From a virus: a stretch of DNA of 64,000 nucleotides. The notes below the pieces were generated by a model. It was not told the origin of the DNA, made no database searches, and worked only from the letters and a program-made list of their open reading frames with translations. A program made the translations under genes and the position numbers. Location: IMG/VR virus record IMGVR_UViG_3300032893_000009, positions 1-64,000 of that record. One strand, given 5' to 3'. Shown here piece after piece: positions 26,916-36,965 of the stretch (its first letter is position 1; each line of letters opens with the position of its first letter).

Positions 26916-29900
26916 ATGGCGCTGATAATGAACTATACCGTTGGCGGGGTCACCACCGACATCTCGCGCTACGTGGACTGGTCCACGGTGCAGATTCAGG
27001 AACAGATCAACATCCCCACTCAGCTTACCTTTGACGCCTACAACTACGACAATCTGTTTCCCAACCCGCCAACCCAGCGCGCCTATCTCCAAATTTATTC
27101 GACGTATTACAAGCGCAGCCTGTTCACCGGTTATCTGTCATCGCAGCCCAACGCGGTTTATCAGGGCCTGAAGCAGGGTGGTGGCGAGTTGTGGGAGTAC
27201 CGCTTCCGGGGCGGCGGCCAGCTATTCAAGTACGAGTTCATCTGCACCTCCGACGAGCACCTGTTGAACTGCAAGGCGGTGCCGTTCATTCCTGCCTTCG
27301 TAGGACAGACACAGGGGCAGATTCTGTCCGCCTTGGCCAACATACTCTGCCCCGGCATGTATGACACTACGTGGGTGGGATCGGGTGACATCGAGCCCTA
27401 CTACAACTACTCGCCCAATAACAGCTGGTGCGAGATCGCCAAGGACTTCGCCGACGGCTCGCGCTACCGCTACAAGGTGCGCGACAAGCAGATATGGTTC
27501 CAGCCCTACGGCGACGGGCCGCTGGGCATCTCCTACGACGAGACTAGGGGGGAGAGCACCTTCGATCCCAGCTCGCAGGGCATGCAGACTCAGGTGCTGG
27601 CCGTGCCAGTGGTCAACGATGTGACGATCATCGGGGATGTGGAAGCGGGCAACAGCCGTGAGGACTACTTCATCGGCGACGGCTTCACCGGCAACTTCCC
27701 TCTGCGTCACAAGGTGTTCCGGGGGTCGTCCACGCTGCTGCTTACCGACGACTGGACCGAATCTGATTTCAATACCCAGCAGTGGACGGTGAACGACCCG
27801 GCGGCCCAGTTCAATCTGGGGGCGGGCGCGCTCAACATCGTGGCCAACATCCCGCAGCAGCTGGGGCAGTCCTATATCCAGCTCAACAACGGGCTGGAAC
27901 TAGCTGGCGGCATCGATCTGGAGCACGGCGAGTTCGGCTTCAACGACGTGAGCGAGGGCATCGTCGGCGGCATCTATACACAGTCTCTCTATGGCAATCA
28001 GACCTACACCTCGGGCAACTGTCTGGGCGGCTTCTACATCTCCACGCCGAGCAGCGGAGTGGTCACCAGCGCCTCGGGTGCGGCAGGCGTAGTCATCCAG
28101 CCGACGTGGGGCGGCATTCCGGTGGGGCCGCCGGTTGTCACTGAGGTCAACCACAATTACGTACTGCAGACGGTGGTCACCGCACCCCAATACGTGCGTT
28201 ACAACCGCTGGTACCGCTCGCTGGGCGGCAATTCCTATGGCGGGGTGCAGACTTCGACATCGGGCGATGTAACCTTCGTCATTCAGGACTTCAACATCGC
28301 CGCTGCCACTGGCTTCTTCTACCTGCCCAACATCACCAAGACCACCATCAACGTCGCCTCCCTCCCGGCCTTTGCAGTGTATGCGCTGATCAACAATCAA
28401 CAGCTGAACGTGACCGTAAACTACACCACTCTGGCCACCATGCCGTTGGGCAGTTTATCGGCCTACGAGGGGCCTAGCGGCCTCTGGCAACCCACCGGCC
28501 TCATCTTGCCCATGCTGCCCCCCAACAACGGCTCTGTGGGGCCTTACGGGGGCTATATCGGGCCAGTCCCTCCATGGCCTTCGGATGCCAGCGGCAATAT
28601 CTACCCGCCGCCCCTGCCGCTGGGAACGGTATCCCATCAGGAGGTGCTGGGCAACGGCTTTGAGTTGCAGGCTGCGCAGGTGACGCAGGGCAATTCTGTG
28701 GATACGCTGTCCTTCTATGCCCAGAGTCTGCCCGCTGCGGGCACCCCGGTGCGCTTTCTCTCTTATGAATCACAGGCTGCGCTTTCCCGGCTGCAGGCCT
28801 CCGGCAGCATCGTGGAGGAGGCCTTCGTAGTGGGCGACGACGGGGTGCGCTCGGCTATCGTGTCCAACCTGAGTCCGCTGCCCCGTACCAGCGAGGACTG
28901 TGATGCGGCGGCGCAGGCGTTTCTCGATGACCGGACAGGCGTCTTTTACAACGGCACCTATACCTGCACCAGCTTCTTTCTCAATCAACTGTCCAGCGAC
29001 GACCAATTCTGGCCCACCTGCGGACGCTATCTCTATCTCAACTGCCCGGCGCGCGGCATCGACCGGCAACAGATGCTGGTGACCCAGCTGACCATCACCG
29101 TGCTCGACCCGGTGGGCAGCGCCGCGTCCATCATGGTTCCTCCGGGGCAGGCCGTGGGAGAGGTCGGCGAGGTATTGAAGTTCAACATCGGCTTCGGGGC
29201 CGACCTGCATCTGGAAAAGGTGCTGTACAACTTCGTGGACATCCAGCCGCCCGGCGTGCTTTCTTCCAAGGACACCGCCGAGGCCATCAATCCGCTCTAC
29301 ACCACGCAGATCGACAACGCCTACCAGCCGGACATCTCCAGCATCATGGTCCATCCCATCACCGATACGGCGGCGCAGGTGACGGTGTACGACGAGATGG
29401 TGGCACCCATCGAGATTCGCCGCGTAGACGGCAACTGGGGGCAGGGTCCGACCAGTGACTACATCAGCACCTCAGCCAGCCCGACCTTCACGCTGGAGAG
29501 GCTGCAGTACGAGCAGATATGGTACATGCGCTTCGTGGACACCACCAGCGGCACCTACAGCCGACGTTCCAAGGTGGTGCGGATCGTGTACCCGGTCACG
29601 CCCCTGCCGCCCACTTTGATCGCCGCCGACTCCAACTTCGTACAGCTGGATTTCAATGGCGACATCCGCAATGTCTACGGGGTCGAGGTGCGGGTGCCGA
29701 ATGTTACGGACGTTTATCCCATACTGTCCGTCGGCAGCTCCGTTGGATGGGACAATACTGCGAACGTCTTCTCTACCAGCGGAGGAGTCTACGCCTCCTG
29801 CCCCGGGTACATCGACGATGTTATGTCGGTGAACATTCCTCCCCTTCCCGACGCTTCCAGCATTGTGGGCATTTCCATCTCCGGCGTGGCCCTTACAGCG

Positions 29901-31910
29901 GACAGTCAGGGTGCAATAGAGATAAGTCTTGGCCCCGATACACGGTATGCCTTCATAGGGCCGCAGCCGCAGCAGTTTACGGTGGGAGACCAGTCCACCT
30001 TGTGGGGTCTGACCCCTGCCGAGCTGGCAGCTGGAACCTCCATTCTCATATCACCCGACACGATGCCCACCCAGCCCATGTATGTAAATAGTCTGGTGAT
30101 GACCGTCTACTACGTGAATTCATACACGCCCATTGTGCAGAAGCCGGTGGAGTCCTATGGCGATCTGAACATCGATCTGACCAAGACTGTGAACACCTTC
30201 CCGTTTAGCAGCAACCGGACGCTGCTCGCTTACTTCTTCAACCACCAGTGGTCGTACTCCGAGCCGGTGGCGATTACCATTCCCGCACCGATTCTGCTCT
30301 TTGCCGAGGAGGGCTACCGATTCGGGCAGAGTCTGGACGTCATGTGTACGCTGCCCCAGCGCAACGACATCGTGAGTCAGACGTGGCAGGTGTTTTCTGA
30401 TCCCAGCCTGAGCGCCACCAGCATGATCGTCAACCGGACCACCAACTATGCCGGGAGCCTGACGGTTAATGTGCCCGCCAGCAGCAGTCTCTGGGTGCGG
30501 TCCTCGCTAAGCGATTACGTCGGCAGCGGCGGGTGGTACCCGTCCGATTATGGGCTGTATGTTCCTCTGGGTGACCTGATCGCCTCCGACTATCTCGCTG
30601 CGCAGGGATCGGTGCCGCCCATACTTACTCAGGGCGGCGAGGGTGGCGAGGGCTATCAGACCTACGACGAGCCGGGAAACGTCAGCGCCGCTACCGAGGC
30701 TTACAACAACAATCCCTACGGTTATGTCGAAAACTCCAATTACTCAAGTGTGATCTCCGGCTGGTCGAGCGTTCCCTACGGAGCCGGAAGTACGCTCACT
30801 GCCACCATCAGCGCGATCATCAGCGTTGACGGCGAGGGCGGCGGTACCGGCGGAGGCTACGCCAATTTCGAGCTTTCCGTTGACGGGGGCAGCACGTGGT
30901 CCACGCCATGGACATTATCTGCATCGCAAAGTCCGCAGCAGGTGCAGACCACCTTTGCCAGCCCCGGCAATCTTGCCGATGTGCAAATCCGTATCTACGC
31001 CTTGGCTCATGCTAGCGCTGTGCCTCCCGGCGGCTGGGTGGATGTCCGGGTGCAGGCGAACATACAGGGCATTAGCGTTACCGATAATCTGGGCAGCACG
31101 GGTGCTCTTGTGTCCTATCACTCCACCTACGATTCGATCACTGTCACCACCATTCCCTTCACCCTGCTTTATCCCAACAAACAGCTTGTTGCAGTGCCGG
31201 AGAGCAGCGGCTACTACACCACAGCTAAGGACACCGGCTCCGGGCTGATGTCGGGCACAAAGTACGACTTCTACGTGTCCCTGTCCAGCTTGGCTTATCC
31301 CAACCCCACTGTTTACATCGACGGGCCGTATTCCAACACCTCGCAAGCGGCGCTGGCCTTCTCAGTTTCCGACGGACGCCTGCCGCTGAATGCCGGGGCG
31401 CTGCTCTTCTCCACGGCTACCGGCGGCGCTACGGGCTACGGAGCAGGCGGCGGCACCTATGGCGCGGGCAACGACGCAGTGGGTAGCCAGTATTGCGGCG
31501 TGCTCAGTTCGCAGGTGAAGATGGCGGACGGTTCGGTGAAGCTCCTGCGCGACACCTGCATCGGCGATCTGGTGGACAATGGAGTAGGCGGCGCGGAGAC
31601 CATCGTGGGACGCCAGATCATCTGCGGAGAGAAGATTTACACCGTGCGCGCGGGTCCCTACACCAGTCGCGTGGCCGGGGGCCATACTCTGCAGACCGAG
31701 AGCGGCTGGGCCAACGTGGTGGAGCTGCGGGCGCGCCTCCTGCACGACGAGGCGTGGCTGGCCGTGGCCACCGAGATCGGTACCCTGCCACTGACGGAGA
31801 TCGCTGATGAGGAGTCCGAGCCGGTGTGCCACCTGCAGCTCTCCGGCCCGGCGCACACCTACGTTCTGGACGGGCTGAAAACCCACAACACGCTTGTGAA
31901 GACAGCATAG
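26916..31910 (+). CDS. Tail tip / hub-fibre protein with C-terminal Hint domain
   Basis: 1664-aa beta-rich protein after the tape measure gene. Gly-rich linker, then C...V.MADGS.K....IGDLV ... HTYVLDGLKTHN. Confidence 0.8.
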   Translation: MALIMNYTVGGVTTDISRYVDWSTVQIQEQINIPTQLTFDAYNYDNLFPNPPTQRAYLQIYSTYYKRSLFTGYLSSQPNAVYQGLKQGGGELWEYRFRGGGQLFKYEFICTSDEHLLNCKAVPFIPAFVGQTQGQILSALANILCPGMYDTTWVGSGDIEPYYNYSPNNSWCEIAKDFADGSRYRYKVRDKQIWFQPYGDGPLGISYDETRGESTFDPSSQGMQTQVLAVPVVNDVTIIGDVEAGNSREDYFIGDGFTGNFPLRHKVFRGSSTLLLTDDWTESDFNTQQWTVNDPAAQFNLGAGALNIVANIPQQLGQSYIQLNNGLELAGGIDLEHGEFGFNDVSEGIVGGIYTQSLYGNQTYTSGNCLGGFYISTPSSGVVTSASGAAGVVIQPTWGGIPVGPPVVTEVNHNYVLQTVVTAPQYVRYNRWYRSLGGNSYGGVQTSTSGDVTFVIQDFNIAAATGFFYLPNITKTTINVASLPAFAVYALINNQQLNVTVNYTTLATMPLGSLSAYEGPSGLWQPTGLILPMLPPNNGSVGPYGGYIGPVPPWPSDASGNIYPPPLPLGTVSHQEVLGNGFELQAAQVTQGNSVDTLSFYAQSLPAAGTPVRFLSYESQAALSRLQASGSIVEEAFVVGDDGVRSAIVSNLSPLPRTSEDCDAAAQAFLDDRTGVFYNGTYTCTSFFLNQLSSDDQFWPTCGRYLYLNCPARGIDRQQMLVTQLTITVLDPVGSAASIMVPPGQAVGEVGEVLKFNIGFGADLHLEKVLYNFVDIQPPGVLSSKDTAEAINPLYTTQIDNAYQPDISSIMVHPITDTAAQVTVYDEMVAPIEIRRVDGNWGQGPTSDYISTSASPTFTLERLQYEQIWYMRFVDTTSGTYSRRSKVVRIVYPVTPLPPTLIAADSNFVQLDFNGDIRNVYGVEVRVPNVTDVYPILSVGSSVGWDNTANVFSTSGGVYASCPGYIDDVMSVNIPPLPDASSIVGISISGVALTADSQGAIEISLGPDTRYAFIGPQPQQFTVGDQSTLWGLTPAELAAGTSILISPDTMPTQPMYVNSLVMTVYYVNSYTPIVQKPVESYGDLNIDLTKTVNTFPFSSNRTLLAYFFNHQWSYSEPVAITIPAPILLFAEEGYRFGQSLDVMCTLPQRNDIVSQTWQVFSDPSLSATSMIVNRTTNYAGSLTVNVPASSSLWVRSSLSDYVGSGGWYPSDYGLYVPLGDLIASDYLAAQGSVPPILTQGGEGGEGYQTYDEPGNVSAATEAYNNNPYGYVENSNYSSVISGWSSVPYGAGSTLTATISAIISVDGEGGGTGGGYANFELSVDGGSTWSTPWTLSASQSPQQVQTTFASPGNLADVQIRIYALAHASAVPPGGWVDVRVQANIQGISVTDNLGSTGALVSYHSTYDSITVTTIPFTLLYPNKQLVAVPESSGYYTTAKDTGSGLMSGTKYDFYVSLSSLAYPNPTVYIDGPYSNTSQAALAFSVSDGRLPLNAGALLFSTATGGATGYGAGGGTYGAGNDAVGSQYCGVLSSQVKMADGSVKLLRDTCIGDLVDNGVGGAETIVGRQIICGEKIYTVRAGPYTSRVAGGHTLQTESGWANVVELRARLLHDEAWLAVATEIGTLPLTEIADEESEPVCHLQLSGPAHTYVLDGLKTHNTLVKTA

Positions 31911-31912
31911 CC

Positions 31913-32248
31913 ATGACCCGCTTTATCGTTCTCCGTCATCCCGCCACCCAGCACCGGCTGGCCATCCACCGCTTCCTGCACGGCTATCAAGGCATGTCTC
32001 TCGATGAGAATCATGTGCTGGTGCTGGCCAATTTCAACCCCCGCAGCGTGGACATTCTTACCGCCCGCGAGGACGTGCTGCTGTTGCCCAGCGTGCTCGA
32101 TCCGGTCACGGTTCACAGCCACGCCGCCAGCAAGAACCGGGCACAACACTTCGAGGCACTGCGCAAGATCGGCATGGACGAAACGCATACGACCGCGCAT
32201 CTGGCCCGGTTCGCCGCTGAAAAATGCGGGCTGCATTTGGATATTTAG
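31913..32248 (+). CDS. Hypothetical protein
   Basis: Starts 2 nt after the tail tip stop; typical codon use. Confidence 0.6.
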   Translation: MTRFIVLRHPATQHRLAIHRFLHGYQGMSLDENHVLVLANFNPRSVDILTAREDVLLLPSVLDPVTVHSHAASKNRAQHFEALRKIGMDETHTTAHLARFAAEKCGLHLDI

Positions 32249-32272
32249 GACGGCTTTTGTCTACTATGAAGT

Positions 32273-33928
32273 ATGCGGGTTCCCGTTCTGCTGACCAATC
32301 GCCGGGCTGTCTTTCCGCCTCTCGACGCAGAGGTGTATGACAGGCTGCGTGCTTTCTGGTCCTTCTCTCCCAAGGGGCTGTGGTACATGCCCCAGTACAA
32401 GCCCACCAAGATACTGCGCGGCCAACGCGACGAGACTGCGAAGCGAATTGAGGAGTTGAAGCGGCAGCGCCCGGTGAAGTCGTCCCGCATCCGGGCCATG
32501 GAAGCAGCAGTCAGGGAAGCCGACGAGCAGCTGAAGGGGATGTGGGACGGCAAGATTAATCTGCTCAAGCGGGGCGCACTCTCCGCCGGTCTGTTTCGTG
32601 CCACTTGGAAAGAGGCTGAGCAATCCACAGGCGTGAAATTCTTGTGGAAGAGGGAGCGCAAAACCCTGCCGCTCAAGCCCGGTCTTCCTCCTGCCGACGC
32701 CAAGTACGAGCATCAAAACGAGTGCGTGACCGCCATGCTGAACAACATCGAGCGCGGCGGCGGCATCGTGCTCGCAGCCACCTCCAGCGGCAAGACAGCC
32801 ATTGCTGCGCGCCTGTTCTCGTGGCTCGACTGCGACTGCTTGTTCGTGGTTGATCAGCTGGACTTGCTCTACCAGCAGCAGGAGGAGCTGGAGGCTTGGC
32901 TGCATGAGAAGGTGGGCGTGGTAGGAGAAGGCCGCTTCGAGCCCCGGCGCGTCACCGTGGCCACCATCCAGACCCTGAACCACCACCGCCAGCATGCGGA
33001 CTTCCGCAAGTGGTACGGACGGATTCAGGTGATGGTGGTCGATGAGCTGCACGAGCAGCTGGCGCGGCGCGACTTCAACGTGCTCGAAGCCATCGAGCCG
33101 GTGGCCATCTTCGGCCTCACCGCCACCCTGCAGCTGGGGGTCAAGGAGACGCGCCTGCGCGCCTATGCCTTCGCCGGGCCGGTGCTCTACCGCTTCCCCA
33201 TCAAGGAGGGTGTGGAGCGCGGGGTGCTGGCCAAGGGCTACGCCCTGCAGCTGCTGTTCAAGCCCGAGGACTGCGCCAACATGGACTGGCGCGACGAGCT
33301 GCGCCTGCAGGTGCTCGAAAACGAGTTGAAGCTGGACTCCTGCTGGGAGATGGTTGATGTGCTGGTCAACATGATGAACCGGCATGTGATGGTACTCGTC
33401 GAGCGGGTCCGGCATCTGGAGGACGTGAGCGACATCTGCAATGCCATCCCCCACGGCGTGGCTTACGGCAAGGTGGACGTAACCATGCGCGGGATGGTCA
33501 AGGAGATGTTCGAGGCCGAAGACCTCAAGCTGATGCTCACCAACAAGGTGTTCAAGAAAGGCACGAGCATCAAGCGCATCGATGCCATGATTGACATGGC
33601 CGAGGGCAAGAGCAAGAATGACCCCGTACAGAAGTATGGCCGGGGCCTCCGGCTGCATCCCGACAAAAGCGAATTGATCTACATCGATTTCGGCACCGAT
33701 GGAGACGGACGCTTCGCCAAAGCCGCTGCTTCCCGGCGCAAGGCCTTGCGGGACGCGGGTATTCAGGTGACTGTGGTGAAAAATGTATGCAGCACCGGTC
33801 AGGCCCTGCTCGCATTGCGTAAGTTTATCCGCAAGGTTGCCGCATATGACCGCCAATCAGACCCTGCAGTACAACACTCTCTCCGCTTCGATCAGCCTGA
33901 TCAAAGACAAACTGGAACGGATTCGTAA
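32273..33928 (+). CDS. Superfamily 2 DExH helicase
   Basis: ATSSGKT, VVDELH, GLTAT and QKYGRGLR motifs. Confidence 0.9.
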   Translation: MRVPVLLTNRRAVFPPLDAEVYDRLRAFWSFSPKGLWYMPQYKPTKILRGQRDETAKRIEELKRQRPVKSSRIRAMEAAVREADEQLKGMWDGKINLLKRGALSAGLFRATWKEAEQSTGVKFLWKRERKTLPLKPGLPPADAKYEHQNECVTAMLNNIERGGGIVLAATSSGKTAIAARLFSWLDCDCLFVVDQLDLLYQQQEELEAWLHEKVGVVGEGRFEPRRVTVATIQTLNHHRQHADFRKWYGRIQVMVVDELHEQLARRDFNVLEAIEPVAIFGLTATLQLGVKETRLRAYAFAGPVLYRFPIKEGVERGVLAKGYALQLLFKPEDCANMDWRDELRLQVLENELKLDSCWEMVDVLVNMMNRHVMVLVERVRHLEDVSDICNAIPHGVAYGKVDVTMRGMVKEMFEAEDLKLMLTNKVFKKGTSIKRIDAMIDMAEGKSKNDPVQKYGRGLRLHPDKSELIYIDFGTDGDGRFAKAAASRRKALRDAGIQVTVVKNVCSTGQALLALRKFIRKVAAYDRQSDPAVQHSLRFDQPDQRQTGTDS

Positions 33929-34445
33929 GTACATCGCCACCACCTACAAGATCAACGGCGGGCTGCCCCCTGACGAGCAGTTCGCCATGCGGGTTCTTGC
34001 CAGCCGCTGCCGGGAGCTGGATCGCTGGTTCATCATCGAAACCTCTCCTCCCAACGATCCTGCACGACGCAACGCCGAGGCGGAACTTCAGATGGCTCAC
34101 CGCGACACTGGAGAGCTGTTTCGCTGGCGGGTATCCAACCACAGCTTTGGAAGGCTGGGCTGCACCGGCTGCGAGTTCGATCTGGTGGGGCTGGCGCGCG
34201 TGCCTCTTACCGGAGTGTGCCACTGTGGGAAGGGTGTCCTGCATTCTTTGCTGGTGGAATCGCAGCAGGAGTTCGTAGAGGGGCTGGAGGGGTTCTGGAA
34301 GGGGGTAGGACTGTTTCAGGGCCAAGAATCGCTCTGGGGGGCCTCTGGGAGGCCGGGAACGGCCATTTTGGGACCTGGAGGGGGGATTCTGATGGTCTGT
34401 GAGGCCTGCGGGCAGTGGGAGGTGCGGCCATGTCCGGCTTCCTGA
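33846..34445 (+). CDS. Hypothetical Cys-rich protein
   Basis: CTGC, CHC and CEAC pairs; overlaps the helicase 3' end, start uncertain. Confidence 0.5.
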   Translation: MTANQTLQYNTLSASISLIKDKLERIRKYIATTYKINGGLPPDEQFAMRVLASRCRELDRWFIIETSPPNDPARRNAEAELQMAHRDTGELFRWRVSNHSFGRLGCTGCEFDLVGLARVPLTGVCHCGKGVLHSLLVESQQEFVEGLEGFWKGVGLFQGQESLWGASGRPGTAILGPGGGILMVCEACGQWEVRPCPAS

Positions 34446-34765
34446 TGTGCTTGGTGGAGTTTCTGGGCGGCTGGGCTTGGGGGTCCTTTCTGGGCCGGAG
34501 GAAGTACATCCGCTGGGAGGCCGAGCTTAAAACGCGGACGCGGGCGCTGCTGGAGGACCGGGGCAAATTGGAGGAGCGCTTGGAGGCGGAGAAGCAGAGC
34601 ACCCGGAGCGTGGATGCCTTGGTGGTGGAGGACGCAATCAGGAGGGAGGCCCGGGCCAAGGCCGCTTTACGGGCGGTGTTGAAGCAGGATGGGTGCAGCG
34701 AGGCGGAGATCGCCATGGTGATGAGCAACGTGGACAACGTGAAAGACGGAGATTTGCAGGAGTGA
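34430..34765 (+). CDS. Hypothetical protein (N-terminal hydrophobic segment + coiled coil)
   Basis: ggaggt RBS before ATG 34430. Confidence 0.6.
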   Translation: MSGFLMCLVEFLGGWAWGSFLGRRKYIRWEAELKTRTRALLEDRGKLEERLEAEKQSTRSVDALVVEDAIRREARAKAALRAVLKQDGCSEAEIAMVMSNVDNVKDGDLQE

Positions 34766-34932
34766 ATTTCGACGCGCCGGGTAATCAGATAACCTTCGGT
34801 TATCTTCTTACTTTTCATTCATCAATAGAGACGAAAGACAGATTCTATAGTATGGCTATAGGGTCTTTATGATGGCAGGGGGATGGCAGGATTGATAGGG
34901 AAGGAAGGGGGAGTATGAAACAAGACGCAAAG

Positions 34933-34948
34933 TGAATTCTCTAGTATG
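34933..34948 (+). promoter_or_regulatory. Putative phage promoter TGAATTCTCTAGTATG
   Basis: Exact 16-mer repeated at 53400-53415, variants at 34842-34854 and 46369-46382; contains a TAGTAT -10-like hexamer. Confidence 0.55.
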
Positions 34949-34984
34949 TGGACGTAGGCCGTAAGGGCCACAGGAGGAAACGAT

Positions 34985-35305
34985 ATGCCGAGGCTGGAAA
35001 ACTGGAGCGTGGGACAGGCTGGTCCGCTGGATGCAGTGTTTGGGGTCATTCGCCTGAAGGGTGTGAGCGTGGGCGACGAGCGAATCGATCCGAACACCGG
35101 GAACAGGATGGAGGGGCAGGTGATCACCACTTCGCCGCTCAAGGAATTCAACATCGAGAAGCGGCAGGCGCAGACGCTGCACACCCTGTATGAGCTGGGT
35201 GCGGTCGAAGCGGGCTATGCTGAACACATCAAGGTCAGCGACCCCGAGCGGTATGCCGAGCTGGTGCAGCTGGGCTACATCACCGACAACAGCCCTGCCA
35301 ACTGA
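34985..35305 (+). CDS. Hypothetical protein
   Basis: aggagg RBS; LENWS...G..I.TS.....T..T.YELG resembles a common small phage protein. Confidence 0.75.
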   Translation: MPRLENWSVGQAGPLDAVFGVIRLKGVSVGDERIDPNTGNRMEGQVITTSPLKEFNIEKRQAQTLHTLYELGAVEAGYAEHIKVSDPERYAELVQLGYITDNSPAN

Positions 35306-35376
35306 GTTTGGCGGGCATGAAGGGCACAACCCCGCCGGGTAAGACGGGGTTGTTCCACGAAGAGAGGAGAAATCGT

Positions 35377-35991
35377 ATGCAGGACATCAAGGATTTGCTC
35401 AAGGCGGAAATCGAGAAGAGCAACGTTTATTCCAAGCGCAACTTCGGCCTGATCACCGGCGACGGTTTCAGGGAGATGGTCGAGGACCTGCTGAAGAGCA
35501 AGGGCTTCACCATGTTCCTGCTCACCGCCTACATGACCAACATCATGGGCACCTCCGATCTGGCCGAGTGGGCCAAGAATTCCGGCAAGCTGGGATCGGA
35601 GATTACCATCGACGGCCTGCGCGACATGATCCGCGACAACATCGATACCTTCCGGCCTTTGCTGGAAATGCTCTACTGGGGCATCAACATCGGGCGCAAG
35701 CTGGAGCGCGACGAGCAGGATACGCTGCGCCAGATGGAGCAGGGTATGAGGCTTGATCCTGCCGACAAGGCCGAGCTGGATGCGATTCTCGCTGAAGCCA
35801 ACAGCGAGCATGTGTGCCCGATCTGTCACAAGGCCATCGAGGATGGCGACGTGTGCGAGATGCCGGGTGGCCCGCACGCGCTCTGCGACGATCCCAAGCT
35901 GGAACGCCACAACCGGCTCAGCCGTTCAGGGCCTGACGGCTCGCGGCAGACTGGCTATGTGGACGACTCCGGCACGGAGTGCTGGCTGTGA
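35377..35991 (+). CDS. Hypothetical protein with C-terminal Cys/His cluster
   Basis: gaggag RBS; CPIC...C...H..C. Confidence 0.7.
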   Translation: MQDIKDLLKAEIEKSNVYSKRNFGLITGDGFREMVEDLLKSKGFTMFLLTAYMTNIMGTSDLAEWAKNSGKLGSEITIDGLRDMIRDNIDTFRPLLEMLYWGINIGRKLERDEQDTLRQMEQGMRLDPADKAELDAILAEANSEHVCPICHKAIEDGDVCEMPGGPHALCDDPKLERHNRLSRSGPDGSRQTGYVDDSGTECWL

Positions 35992-36554
35992 GTCTGGAAG
36001 CCCCAATCTGGACGCTGGCCAACGAGATCAGCGGGATTATAGGCCGCTGGCTGGAGGAGCACGAAGGCAAGAAGTTCTTCGGCAAGTTCCGCCCTCTTGA
36101 TCTGCTGCGCCTGACCAAGCTGCAGGTGTGGAGCTGGCGCTACCGGCTGGACATCGAGGAAATCCTGACGCTCATCCTGCCGCCCCTGCGTTCCGCCATG
36201 TCCGCCCGGAATCCCCGGCACAGGTACGTGCTGGGGGTCACCGTGGCCGCGCTGACCGGACGCGGGGCCGAGCAGATTCTGCTGAGCGAGCTGCGGGAAA
36301 ACTATCCGGCCTTGGAGAACCGGGCCATCTGGCGGGATCAGGAGCGCCAGCGGCAGCTGGACCGGGAGCGCCGGGAGGAAGGGGAGGTGGAGGTCAGGGA
36401 GTCACGCTTCAAGGGGGTGCTGGAGGCCGAGTCGGTGGCCGATTACATAGAATCGTACAGGAAGCGGGCGCTGGCTACACGCAGGCGGATGAATGCCGAG
36501 CTGGCCAGTGCGAAACGGAAACGCAAGCGTTACCGGGGCAACCCGTGGCTGTGA
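35988..36554 (+). CDS. Hypothetical protein
   Basis: GTGA overlap start; basic C-terminus RYRGNPW. Confidence 0.65.
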   Translation: MSLEAPIWTLANEISGIIGRWLEEHEGKKFFGKFRPLDLLRLTKLQVWSWRYRLDIEEILTLILPPLRSAMSARNPRHRYVLGVTVAALTGRGAEQILLSELRENYPALENRAIWRDQERQRQLDRERREEGEVEVRESRFKGVLEAESVADYIESYRKRALATRRRMNAELASAKRKRKRYRGNPWL

Positions 36555-36561
36555 GGTGAGC

Positions 36562-36867
36562 ATGGGCTACTACATTCAGACGAACAGGAATCATGGCAAG
36601 GCGGAGGATATTGCCAAGGAGTACGGCGGATTTATTCTGCCCAACGCTCCGAAGAACTACGCGGACATCCCTGCCGACAAGGCATTGATCGTGGTGGTGG
36701 ACAACGGTCCTTTTGAGGCTGCCGCGTTCGCCTATGATGCAGAGGAGTTCAGCGTCTTCACCGACCGGGAAGACGACCGGCCCAAGCAGTATGTGCTGAT
36801 CGACCGGGAGGCCGCAGAACTGGCATCCGGCTTCCGCAAGGAGCCGAAGCCAGGGGTTGTGGGGTGA
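36562..36867 (+). CDS. Hypothetical phage protein
   Basis: gaggtg RBS; MGYYI...VVDNGPF.AA. Confidence 0.75.
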   Translation: MGYYIQTNRNHGKAEDIAKEYGGFILPNAPKNYADIPADKALIVVVDNGPFEAAAFAYDAEEFSVFTDREDDRPKQYVLIDREAAELASGFRKEPKPGVVG

Positions 36868-36870
36868 ACC

Positions 36871-36954
36871 ATGTGCCCCTTCGTCTGCGTGCGGCATAAC
36901 TGGACGTCATATTCACATCCATGTCCGCATTGCGCCATGGAAAAACGGAAGTGA
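36871..36954 (+). CDS. 27-aa Cys/His microprotein
   Basis: MCPFVCVRHNWTSYSHPCPHCAMEKRK fills the gap exactly; ggggtg upstream. Confidence 0.4.
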   Translation: MCPFVCVRHNWTSYSHPCPHCAMEKRK

Positions 36955-36965
36955 GGAGAAATCGT

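Noticed and set aside
31911-34765. Lysis cassette, integrase, tRNAs
   Set aside because: No recognisable endolysin, holin, recombinase or cloverleaf was seen. ORF 34430 has a hydrophobic N-terminus, but that is not enough evidence for a holin or spanin.
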